Source of the DNA: Takakia lepidozioides
Taxonomy: Eukaryota; Plantae; Bryophyta
DNA: 64,000 bases
Direction of reading: 5' to 3'
NCBI GenBank assembly: GCA_030704615.1
Contig: CM060733.1
Coordinates: 4,526,001-4,590,000, forward strand
Part shown: positions 13,257 to 25,173 of the stretch, piece by piece
Layout: each line of letters opens with the position of its first letter
Numbering within the stretch: position 1 is the first letter of the stretch
Notes under the pieces: model-generated
Databases searched by the model: none
Seen by the model: only the letters and a program-made list of their open reading frames with translations
Told to the model about the DNA's origin: nothing
Made by a program: the position numbers and the translations under genes

Positions 13257-16200
13257 TCACTGGTCCCCTGGATCCATATTCAGAAGAGTGTGAACCTCCT
13301 GGGGGCTCAACCCTAGTGCATGTATGAAGTGATGAGTTGTGGAATTACAACGGAGTCTCTTTAGGTACACGTAGTACAAATGCTTGCAAGGGCAGTATGA
13401 TGCCCCTTGTTCGCCATGATCTGGAAGTCGGTGCAATTGCAGGTGGGTAATTCTGAAATGGTGATGGTGTACACCTCATTGCGAACAGCTGAGCCCGCCG
13501 TGGCCATCTGATACACACGCCCGAATCCTGGTGGGGGCACTTCTGTCGAGCTCTGGATTGTACAGTTCATCCGAAGTGCATTCCCCATCCTTGTCTCGTT
13601 CACTTTTGAGGGAGGTCGCCCTCTTCGGTTTCCCCCAACGGTGTGTAGGATGCTTAGAGCTGTCGTGTCCCATTGTTCTTGCTCTCACAGGGGTCGGTGG
13701 TGGAGGCTGTGGAAGCGGAAATGGATGTCTGGGCACGTCAGTGCGCTGCACCATCCGAAATCCTGCGGCGGTAAGGGCGTCGGCCTCAACCTGACTCAGA
13801 TCGCAGCCTGTTCCACCGGCCACACCGGGGGAGCCTCTGGCATTGTCTGTATGCCGTACTTGGGCTTTCCATACACGCAAGTCATAATGTCGTGCCTGCA
13901 GAACCAGAACTGGGTGGTTGTCGCCTCCGCAAACTTTGCATGGACAAATCTTCCTGTAAAAGTAGGAGCAGGGACAGCCCCATCTGGATTCCTCCTTATC
14001 ATCTCTAAACAACGTTGCCGTGTATCCACACGAATTGCGGAACACCTTCCTACGACGGCTTTGTGCGAGCAATTCTCCACTGTGAGGCAGACACAGTCGT
14101 CTCCACAATGGCTTGGCCATACTGCATAACAGCGGGCGGAATGTGGGGCAAGGGAGCGGTGGGAATTTGTTGCACGAAATCCCCGGTTGAAGGCGACGGC
14201 GATCTGGAATTTCTTGGGCTTCCACTGCTGGAAGACACATTGTGCGGCAACATGACGGGACCTCGAGGTGCTGTCCGAATGTTCCTGTCGGATCTCCAGG
14301 AATCCTCTTCGCACCCGGGTTCCTCTTCAATCCTCCGCCTGACAGGGCGTCCGGACGTCCCCCTCTAGGTGTTCACCTCTGCGGTGCAGAGGCGTCCCTT
14401 TGATCTTCTCTCGCAATGCTGTCGCCCATTTCACTGGATTCTTGGACCTCGAAGCTGTTCGTACCAACAATTCCTCCCTGTCCGGCCCAAAGCCCCATTG
14501 TTTGCCGCTCAGGAACTTGTAGTACGTGGCTTGCTGCATGATTGCTCTGTCGATGTCCTCCGTTGTGGCCGTCACTACGTCCACCAGATGTGCGGCAGAA
14601 GACGCTCGCCAGGAGGAGTGGACCGATTCTGCCATATTCGTGTTCGGCATGTCCGTGTCGGAATCCAAGCACCGCTCCTAGAAGGACACAAACAACGGTG
14701 AGGACCAATCGAAATGTCCGTAACAGAAAGACAAATGAACGAAATTGACAGCAGCCTACCTCCCGCATGTACTGTCCGAACTGTCGATACCGAAAATGCC
14801 ACCACCCCAACCAGCTGTGCAATGCTCCCAGATTGGTTGTCTCCACTGCACCTGACGTGTTCCACCAAGCCTCGATGATAGCAAAACTTAACCTCCGCGT
14901 CATCAAATGTGGGTGCATCCTTCCACGCCGTACAAAGGACACGGTGTTCAGCCTGGAATGAGCTAGCAACAAATTTGGTAGTGTAGTGGGATAGACTCTG
15001 CATCCAATGGAATCCACAGGATCTCTCTTTCCCCTCCATTGGAACATTGGGGTCCTCACCGTACACACACGCCGCACCCGCTGCCCAGTTGGCCTGAGCG
15101 TTGTCTGCCATGAATCCCCTGAAATTGGGCTCTGGCAATCCCGCCCTTGCCATCTGCTGGTTTATGCCCTCCCACAGATGCATCTCGGACTGTGTGTCCT
15201 CCCCTTTCATCTCGCAGATTGCAATCGTCATGAGCCTCTTGGAGTGATAGTCATAAACATGCGCACCCATAGTCACCCACTGATGGTTTGTAATTCGCTT
15301 GATGTGATCAAACATCACCCAAGCATTCGACAAGTTTCCAGTTGTCATGCGAGTGACCAAGTCGACTCCACTCCCAGGCCCACACGTCGACATTTTGAAA
15401 ATGTAACAACGATCGGATTCGCTGCCTTGCCCTGGAAACCTGCAACCTTGGATGTAGTCATATCCAGTCATTCGTTTCACCTCCAGGATTGAGTACATGT
15501 CCGACCCCCTGCCGAACTCCTGCTTGCAAGATACGATGTGATTCCGCACATTCGGACTACAAACGTGCGAGACGGACTCCAAGAGGTCACGCATCTCGTC
15601 TTCGTCAAGGGCTCTCGGTCGGAACCATCTTCAGACATGATTTTGCCAAGAGCAATCTTGTGGGCTGCCTTCAGCTGAATCTGCTTTGGTCTGGCTCCGG
15701 GGCTCAATTTCACCTCCTCTTTTATGATGTCGTGTGCTTCCTGCACAGCCTCACGCATGTTGCCTCTCGCCAAGGGGTGGCAGTGGACCCCAACGTGTAT
15801 GCAAGCTCTAGTCAAGTCCGGGAGCAAATGGATTACGTAATATTGCTTGGCTCTGCACATGGACATGCACGTCGGTGGTTCTTTGCAATGTGCACACTTG
15901 AAAGAACCCGCAGGAGCTTGGCTGGAGACAATGAATGGATGATGCGTTGTGCCAGTCCAATCCGTCTCGTTTCTCCGCCCTCCTTTGGAGAGAAAGTGGA
16001 AGCAGGTGGGATTGAGGCACCTCAGCTTCCCCGCACAGAGGACATATCGTACAGGAACACCATCAGCAATTTTCGTGCTACTGGTCTTCGTCACACACCA
16101 GGGGTGTCCGTCATGCTTTCGATCCATGTCTGTTAACATCCCGGAGGCTTTCTTTGACGAAGAAACAGGTGGAAACTCGAAGATGACATTGCCATCGACT

Positions 16201-16856
16201 TCGGGAGGCAGAAACGTTACCTTTCTGACTGGGAATTTGGCATAGTCGAGAGCAGCCAGCTCGGAGCGAGAACCATCGAGGTGATGTTGTCGTAGGAGCT
16301 GCACAATGGACCGGGTTGGAGTTATGCTCGAGGGCACATGCGTAGCACCTACAGAGACGTCCATGCCGGATTTGAACGACCGTGTGGAGGACATGGGTAC
16401 CTCAATGCAATCATCTTCCTCGTCGGAAATGTCGAATACGTCCACACGAGAAGCTATGGAGGGTCTTGACGGTCCAGGTCGGGAATGATTATCGTTGCAT
16501 ACCTCTCTGTTGGCAGTGGCCGCCTCTCGGTTTCCGGACTCCTTTGTGGATGGTGTGGGCAGCGACTGATTCGGAAAGGGAATGGGCATTCCCACAGCTC
16601 GGTACAGGATGGTGTCTGACGGGGGAACGTGCCATTCGATTCCGCAACCTCCGTCGTTACCTAGCACGACAATGGTCTCGTCAACCTGTCCAGGAACATC
16701 CTTCCTTTCTTCTTCCAAATAAACTGTGCCCGTTTTGAGCTTGAATTTGGAACAAAGGTAAGTTTCAGTCACTCTGCAAAGTCCTCCCTCGTTTGGGATC
16801 CAGGCTCTCCCAAGTTGCGGAGGACAGCAAACTATAGCGTAGGAATTCGGAGCCAT
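13257..16856 (-). pseudogene. MULE transposase (GCM-type Zn DNA-binding domain, DDE core, SWIM finger), frameshifted
   Basis: CAGKLRCLNPTC..CAHC..C..HVGVHCHP; VMFDH, FMAD, CGFHW (CxxH), TNMAESVHSSW; SWIM CNCTDF..CKHLYY; in-frame GT-AG intron 14678-14759; start codon uncertain. Confidence 0.88.
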
Positions 16857-17200
16857 CGAACACCGCACGGAGTTGGCAAGTGCGAGGTTCAGTATAGCGA
16901 GAGACCAAGGCTCACAGGCACCATCTAAGTGGATCTGCGGAGTCCATCGACAATTGGAAGTCGCACATTGAAGTGGAAAGTATTGTTTCAAGCTACATGC
17001 ATGAAGGTGGGAGGTTTGATTCCATAGCCAGTGAGTAGGACAATGATGGCCGATTCGGCGACGAAATAACATCTCCTGACAGTTTCTCCTGAGGGTGGAT
17101 CCAGCAGTATTCTCGGTGCAGACAGGAACGTTCGCACTGACAAGTGCCAGGACTGCTGGTTAAAACTGTCAGACAACCAAGTTGTGCTCATCAAGACTGG

Positions 17201-19339
17201 TGTAGTGTGAATGCAGGGGAGTAACATTGAAAATTTTGTTGGGCATCAAATTACGGCATTGATGAAAAAGGGAGTGCCTGGTACTAATGTCGGGAGGGAA
17301 TTACCCAGGCCTACAGGTAATTCCATGGGAACACTATGCTCTTGCTCTGCCAGGACAAAATATGGCTAAGTCATAACATGCGCATTTTTCATCCTTGGAA
17401 TGAATGATTTTCGTCGCGTATGTTTAACCTAGAAACTCGAGCTGAGGAAAACGAGGAGGAAGACGACGGGCAACTCTTCACAGCTGCTGCCGTGGAGTTG
17501 TCAGGCAGGCTGGCTTGGGAACTTACACCTGCGCCATGTGAATCAGCTTGCCTTAAAGCGCGACGTTAAGGGATCTGCTTGGCATTTTGTGCAAGGAGAA
17601 GCGGTGCCTCTTTCTGCGTGGTAATAATCAATTTTGAAAGCTGAGCAGGTGCTAAGAGCGGTGCACTACCGCTGCCGCCATTGTCTTGAAGAGTACAGTT
17701 ATGAGGAGATAGAGCGCAGCAACAGCTGTTGGGGAATGAGAAGTGCAGGCTGGTGTGGATGCGACTCGGGTTATCTGTAATTAAGACTTGTAGTTACCTT
17801 CTGTCTTAGAGCTGTAGGAGCACATCAATCCTTAGGGCAGAAGTACACATGTAGAAGGATAGGGTAGAGGTTGGCAAGCACAAGGATGTTGCCAGCTGAT
17901 GAAGCAAGCCGTCATGACATGATGAGAACTGGAATCAAGATGAGAAGAAGCGTTGAATATGGCTGATGACAGCGATGGTGAGGTGCCAGCTTAGCAGGCA
18001 GAACCACCGCTTCACACGAGTATAGACAGATAAGTTCTAAGAGTGTTGGCGTCTCTTTTTGGGCACTTAGGAATGACTTTGTGAAGTTTTTGGAACTGTC
18101 TCTTGTATCTGCTGAAGGGGACAGAAATGTGAGGAGTAGAAAGGCCCTTTGAAAATGGAATGAAGACAATGGAATTCAAACCAGGATAGGGTGGAGATGG
18201 ATGCACCTGTTGTTACACTGTCATTAAGAAAAGAGAGAGGGGACAAGGATAGCTCACATCAGGGTCAGAATGGTTGCTGTTGTTGTGTTCCTTTTCTTTA
18301 TTTTCAGTGTATTCAGGCACCATAAGCAAACCAGCCCTGGATGTTAAAACAGTGGAGCCAGTGTAGAACTAGCTTGGTGGATAAAGGAGAACAGGGATGG
18401 TCAGACAGAGACGGATTTGAAGAACTGAGAGGGATGACGTGGATGGGGAAGAAAAGTCAATACTGTTTTGGGGTTGTGGATCTGATTTATAGAAGTGTTC
18501 TCAACATGTGAATGACTGAGGTTTGCATTTGAGGAGAAAAGAGAGCTGTCAGGGTGTGTGATTTGAGATCTGTAGAAGGGTTGTGAAGCACCTTGGCCAA
18601 ATAGGATCCACTTGGGGAAAGATAGTGCAAGGACCATTCACTGGAGAGAGAGAAAAAGAGAAAGACCGACAGAGGGGCAGATCATGTCTTGTAACCAAGG
18701 TTGACCTCAATGATGGATGCACTGGATGCCTGGCTGGATGTGCACTTGCATTGCATCATAGCCATGCTGTTGTAAAAAAGTGAGGAATCCACACACCAAG
18801 GAAAAAGAGAGTGAGAGAAAGAAAAAGTGAAAAGGGAGAAAGGGTTGATGAGGGATGGACATCAGGAGAGGCAAGGTCAAGAAGACATGAACCCTGAATG
18901 ATCAAACTAGTGGGCCTGCAGTTCATGGCAGATCTGAGCTGTCACCCACCTAGACCGTGATCTCATTACAAAAAGGGGCTTCCGACGTGTTGCAGACCAA
19001 GGGAACTGCCCACAAGGGCAGTGTTTATCACTGACATAGGGCTGATTGCATCACTGAATACATCGTGGCAGCATAGTGGTGCTATACCTGCAGGTAGAGG
19101 ATGTTGTGTAAAAGGTAGAACCAAGAGTGAACAACAATTTGACTCCCCATCCATGTCTTCTCTTCCGCTGCGGCGTGGATGAGGATTGCTTGAACTCTGA
19201 TCACAAAGGAGCTGAGGGAAACCCACAGCCAAGTGACGACAGTTGGACAGAAAAGAAGAACCTTCTTTCTTTTGCTCCGCTTAGAATGGAAGGAAGCACA
19301 ATTAGAATTATACAGAAGGGGATTCACGCCCCTTCTTTT
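17201..19339 (+). repeat. 5' LTR
   Basis: Direct repeat of 22938-25075; lacks the terminal CACACTACA. Confidence 0.95.
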
Positions 19340-19417
19340 GGTATCAGAGCTACGCTGGATCTTGTCTGAGAGTTGTAGGTTTTCAGTGTAGCAAGATAGG
19401 AGAGTGATTTGCGAGCA

Positions 19418-19840
19418 ATGGTGACTAACATTCCATTTTACGGAAAGAAGGATGAGGATGTTTGCAGCTGGATCCAGAATCTGAAAAGGGATGGTGAGAG
19501 AGGGAGCTTTGACGAGCACAAGTTATTTATATCGGCAAGGCTGAATCTCAAGGCACGGGCTGACACTTGGCATCGAATGCAAAAACCAAGGTCCATGAAC
19601 TGGCATGATTTTCAAGTAGCCATAATCTTGAAATTTGGAGAAGAAGGTCAATCAAGTAAGAGTAAAGTGATGTTAGCAAGGAAGTTTGATGGGATAGATA
19701 CAAATGTGGAAGAGTATGCTACAGGAATGGAGGAGAAATTGTCTCTGATTGAGAAGGATACTCACAACAGGTTCACACCTGTGAGTTCTATTGATCATGA
19801 ACCTACCAGATCACAAAACCATGTCACGGAGGTGCTTTAG
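19418..19840 (+). pseudogene. Retrotransposon gag N-terminal fragment
   Basis: FYGKKDEDVCSWIQ..LKARADTWH..WHDFQVAIILKFG, immediately after the PBS. Confidence 0.75.
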
Positions 19841-21639
19841 GGAGAAGAACCAAATCAGCGAAGTCCATGCAATGCTTCCTCGAGTTCTCAGCTTGAACAG
19901 CCCAAGGCAGCAAGTAGAGTGTTGCACTGCATGTCCATCAAGACAGAATCAGATCCGAAGTGAAAAGAATCACCGGCTGGGGCTGCAAGTGGGAACATGT
20001 GGAATGCAAGATTCATGCTGTGGAATGTTTGAACAATGGGAATCGAAGAGCAGCAGAAGGATGGAGTGCGAATGTGTAAGCTCTCTTGGCACAAACGTTG
20101 TGAATGTGTTTTGTGATGAGGAAGGAGAGATCATGGAAGACATCTTTTGTTCAACAGAGGATCAATCAGGTGTCAATGAAGAGTGTACACCTAGATTGCA
20201 AGTTCCTGTGCAGTTCCCAGGTCTTATACAAGGGCACATGTAGGGCAAGACATACCTGGGGAGTTTGGGCATGATACCACCAACTCCCCAAGCAATAGTG
20301 GTACAACCGGTGAAGTGAGTGTCATAAGAGAGGAAGATGTCAAGGAGTCTTGGACAGATCTGATGGAATGGGTGAAGGAAGAGTGTACTTTGCTTGCTCA
20401 AACTAGACAGGATATAGATCAAGATGCACACCTAGATCAAAACATACTTGGGGAGCTGAGAGAAGTTGCATCTCGATTAAGAACAGACTTGGTGGAGAAG
20501 GAATTAAAGGTGAAAGATGCACGAGATGACGTTGTAGCTGCCCTAGCCCTACGGAGAGAAACTGAAGTCCAGGTGGAGAACCTAGTCATGGAAAATCAAC
20601 ATTTACGGTTGGCCCTCGAGAAAGCTGACCGAGAGCTGAGTGGGGCCAAAGAGAGTGCGTGGATAAGCTCCGTGGTGATAACAAGCATCTTCAGGCAGAT
20701 GTGCAACGGCTCCAGCTACTTTTGGAGTCGAGTACGTCATCAGTCAATGACATGTTCATGGGGACACCAGGTACCCTAAGTCAGGACAAAGAAGAGGAAA
20801 CAGAAGCTTCTTTGGATGTTGGACCATTGACAAATGTTGGGAGAAATGAAGGGAACATGGAGTATCAAGTGTTGGAGGATTCATGCAAGGGAGAGGCCCT
20901 GCAGATTGAAGAAGAAATCTGTCTAAGAGGAAAGAGCTTACAGATCACTCCAGAGATGGAAGAAGTGGTGAAAAGGAGCCTGGAAGATCGAGACCTGACA
21001 ACACCTAAACTTGCACATGATGACATGAAAAGTGGAGAAGTCATTAGGGCAGGCAAAGGGGCCGAAAACCATGTGTGGAAGCCGAGAGTTTGGACATGCG
21101 AAGGCTTGCATTATGTGGAAGAGGGTCACAAGGAGAAGCTGCATGACAATGAGGAGGTTCTTCCGGGAATAGATCCGCCAAGAAAAGAGGGCAAATGGTG
21201 TCAAAAGTGGTGGCAAGGCACAAGGAGATCATTCATTGCTGACTGCAGCATACTCAGGTTCACAAGCTGTGTACCGAAGTGTCAAGGACGGAGAGAGGGT
21301 GCTAAGGCATGGATACGACATGCTATCTTGGTGGTAATTATGTGCTGCAGGTGCCTATGGCAGACAGTGAAGAACTGGTTGGAGCAGGCCATGCTAATGA
21401 CGATTTTGTGCTGCCAATACATATGGTGTATGCAGCTCAGCAATCTGAAGCAAGGTTGTAAAAGAATGGCTGGCCCTGGTGGAAGATGGAAGCAAACATG
21501 GGCAGAGAAAGGACCTGCATACACACCAAGACACCAGCTCAAGAGGGGAGCAAGTTTGGGGAGCTGCCTTTGGCGGGTAATTTCTGTGGACATACCTGAA
21601 GGAGACAGAGATATACCAGCAGGTAATTCAATATAGAGG

Positions 21640-22140
21640 CAATGAGCTTTCTACAGATGCTGGAAATGAAGGAGAGAAGCCCAAACAGGTGACGTTCCTG
21701 TGTGTGTTGAATGCATGTGCGAACCTGGCAGACCTGGTAAAAGGCGAAGAGGTCCATGGTGACAGTATCAAATCTGGTATTGCACCAGATATCATTATGG
21801 AGACTGCCATTGTTGACAGGTATGCCAAACGTGTGTGTGACAATATGTCTCACAGAAAAGTGGGGCCATGGAGAGTAATGATTGCAGGTTATGCCCAGCA
21901 TGGCTCTGAAGCACAGACCCTGCAACTGTTTGAACAAATGAAGCAGGAAGGTATGCCACCCAATCTGCTCTCATGGAGTGCAATGATTTCAGGATATGCC
22001 CACATGGTTGTGAAATTCAGGCTCAGGAGATGGATGGGCAGTTGATGTGGGAGGCTATGAAGCCTACCCATGTCACGATCACTTCTACTTACAAAGCATA
22101 CACCAGCCCTGAATCTCTTAAAGAGGGCAGGCTGGTTGAA
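21640..22140 (+). pseudogene. Captured PLS-class pentatricopeptide repeat fragment
   Basis: VTFLCVLNACANLADLVKGEEVH..TAIVDRYAK..WRVMIAGYAQHG..LQLFEQMKQEGMPPN..SWSAMISGYA. Confidence 0.85.
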
Positions 22141-22937
22141 AGGGAAGAAGGAAGGCATGGTAACCAGAGGGTTGCCCATGACTTGCCACCAACAATGCAA
22201 ATGAAATTGCAGCCTGCTGTTGAGGACAACCTACATGCAGGAAATGAGGCAGTACGAAAGCTGCAAGTGTCGATGGGAGCACAAGTGGTAGCTGAGATTC
22301 AAACAAGGAGCCAGGGAGCAACAACAAATTGGGAAACGCTGGTTTGTGTGGGAAGGAGATCAGGACCTGCCTGGCATGAACTACAAGAAGAGGAAGAAGG
22401 CATTGTCACAAATTGGATTTGCTCTGGCCAGCGGAACAAATGGACAGCCGGGACGCTGTCACTTAAAAAAGAGAAGTTGGACGACGATGCAAGCTCAGGG
22501 ATGGAGCACGAAAACTGTGGCCAGGGAAGAAGGCCAAGAAATCGGCATGATGAGTTGCATGGAAACCAGGTGGTGGTGTCAGTTTGAGAACAACCCTGCT
22601 CGCACCAGCCAGACAGAAGTGGCCATGAAGATTATGAGCAGAGAGGGGTTTCCCTTTGCTGAAGGCCAAGGCATGACAATCAAAAACAATATTATGAACG
22701 GACCTCTCCAAGATATCTGGAGCAGAAACAGAAGAGGAATTAACACAATGTGCCTGTTGGGAGTACCTTATGATCCTGGAAGGGAAGCTGCACGAAGATG
22801 CAGGTTGAGAGATGGAGCAGACAAGGAATGGGTAAGAAATAGGAGGGATTTAAAACCCTTCATACCACCAATAGGTGATCAGCCATGAAGGTGGTCAGTG
22901 AGGACCCTGACACTTAAAAGGGGAGACACACTACATA

Positions 22938-25084
22938 TGTAGTGTGAATGCAGGGGAGTAACATTGAAAATTTTGTTGGGCATCAAATTACGGCATTGAT
23001 GAAAAAGGGAGTGCCTGGTACTAATGTCGGGAGGGAATTACCCAGGCCTACAGGTAATTCCATGGGAACACTATGCTCTTGCTCTGCCAGGACAAAATAT
23101 GGCTAAGTCATAACATGCGCATTTTTCATCCTTGGAATGAATGATTTTCGTCGCGTATGTTTAACCTAGAAACTCGAGCTGAGGAAAACGAGGAGGAAGA
23201 CGACGGGCAACTCTTCACAGCTGCTGCCGTGGAGTTGTCAGGCAGGCTGGCTTGGGAACTTACACCTGCGCCATGTGAATCAGCTTGCCTTAAAGCGCGA
23301 CGTTAAGGGATCTGCTTGGCATTTTGTGCAAGGAGAAGCGGTGCCTCTTTCTGCGTGGTAATAATCAATTTTGAAAGCTGAGCAGGTGCTAAGAGCGGTG
23401 CACTACCGCTGCCGCCATTGTCTTGAAGAGTACAGTTATGAGGAGATAGAGCGCAGCAACAGCTGTTGGGGAATGAGAAGTGCAGGCTGGTGTGGATGCG
23501 ACTCGGGTTATCTGTAATTAAGACTTGTAGTTACCTTCTGTCTTAGAGCTGTAGGAGCACATCAATCCTTAGGGCAGAAGTACACATGTAGAAGGATAGG
23601 TAGAGGTTGGCAAGCACAAGGATGTTGCCAGCTGATGAAGCAAGCCGTCATGACATGATGAGAACTGGAATCAAGATGAGAAGAAGCGTTGAATATGGCT
23701 GATGACAGCGATGGTGAGGTGCCAGCTTAGCAGGCAGAACCACCGCTTCACACGAGTATAAGACAGATAAGTTCTAAGAGTGTTGGCGTCTCTTTTTGGG
23801 CACTTAGGAATGACTTTGTGAAGTTTTTGGAACTGTCTCTTGTATCTGCTGAAGGGGACAGAAATGTGAGGAGTAGAAAGGCCCTTTGAAAATGGAATGA
23901 AGACAATGGAATTCAAACCAGGATAGGGTGGAGATGGATGCACCTGTTGTTACACTGTCATTAAGAAAAAGAGAGAGGGGACAAGGATAGCTCACATCAG
24001 GGTCAGAATGGTTGCTGTTGTTGTGTTCCTTTTCTTTATTTTCAGTGTATTCAGGCACCATAAGCAAACCAGCCCTGGATGTTAAAACAGTGGAGCCAGT
24101 GTAGAACTAGCTTGGTGGATAAAGGAGAACAGGGATGGTCAGACAGAGACGGATTTGAAGAACTGAGAGGGATGACGTGGATGGGGAAGAAAAGTCAATA
24201 CTGTTTTGGGGTTGTGGATCTGATTTATAGAAGTGTTCTCAACATGTGAATGACTGAGGTTTGCATTTGAGGAGAAAAAGAGAGCTGTCAGGGTGTGTGA
24301 TTTGAGATCTGTAGAAGGGTTGTGAAGCACCTTGGCCAAATAGGATCCACTTGGGGAAAGATAGTGCAAGGACCATTCACTGGAGAGAGAGAAAAAGAGA
24401 GAAGACCGACAGAGGGGCAGATCATGTCTTGTAACCAAGGTTGACCTCAATGATGGATGCACTGGATGCCTGGCTGGATGTGCACTTGCATTGCATCATA
24501 GCCATGCTGTTGTAAAAAAGTGAGGAATCCACACACCAAGGAAAAAGAGAGTGAGAGAAAGAAAAAGTGAAAAGGGAGAAGGGTTGATGAGGGATGGACA
24601 TCAGGAGGCAAGGTCAAAGACATGAACCCTGAATGATCAAACTAGTGGGCCTGCAGTTCATGGCAGATCTGAGCTGTCACCCACCTAGACCGTGATCTCA
24701 TTACAAAAAGGGGCTTCCGACGTGTTGCAGACCAAGGGAACTGCCCACAAGGGCAGTGTTTATCACTGACATAGGGCTGATTGCATCACTGAATACATCG
24801 TGGCAGCATAGTTGGTGCTATACCTGCAGGTAGAGGATGTTGTGTAAAAGGTAGAACCAAGAGTGAACAACAATTTGACTCCCCATCCATGTCTTCTCTT
24901 CCGCTGCGGCGTGGATGAGGATTGCTTGAACTCTGATCACAAAGGAGCTGAGGGAAACCCACAGCCAAGTGACGACAGTTGGACAGAAAAGAAGAACCTT
25001 CTTTCTTTTGCTCCGCTTAGAATGGAAGGAAGCACAATTAGAATTATACAGAAGGGGATTCACGCCCCTTCTTTTCACACTACA
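22938..25084 (+). repeat. 3' LTR
   Basis: TG..CA; follows PPT plus an 11-nt spacer. Confidence 0.95.
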
Positions 25085-25173
25085 CTGGCCGCAATTGTGT
25101 TGTTTCGGAACAATGCAACCCATTGAGGTTCCAGATTTCCCGTCACGAGTGATTCTGTCGATTGCTGGTGGAC

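Larger units (their letters stand above)
17201..25084 (+). mobile_element. Non-autonomous LTR retrotransposon (LARD-like) inserted in the MULE
   Basis: Two near-identical ~2.14-kb LTRs; termini TGTAGTGTGAA..TTCACACTACA; TSD CTGG (17197-17200 and 25085-25088); PBS TGGTATCAGAGC 19339-19350; PPT AAAAGGGGAGA 22916-22926; no RT or integrase. Confidence 0.95.

Noticed and set aside
12507-13316. ORFs near the MULE left end
   Set aside because: No recognisable motifs and no second copy in the window to test conservation
21689-22045. Functional host PPR gene
   Set aside because: Only a few degenerate motifs, frameshifted, and enclosed between two LTRs
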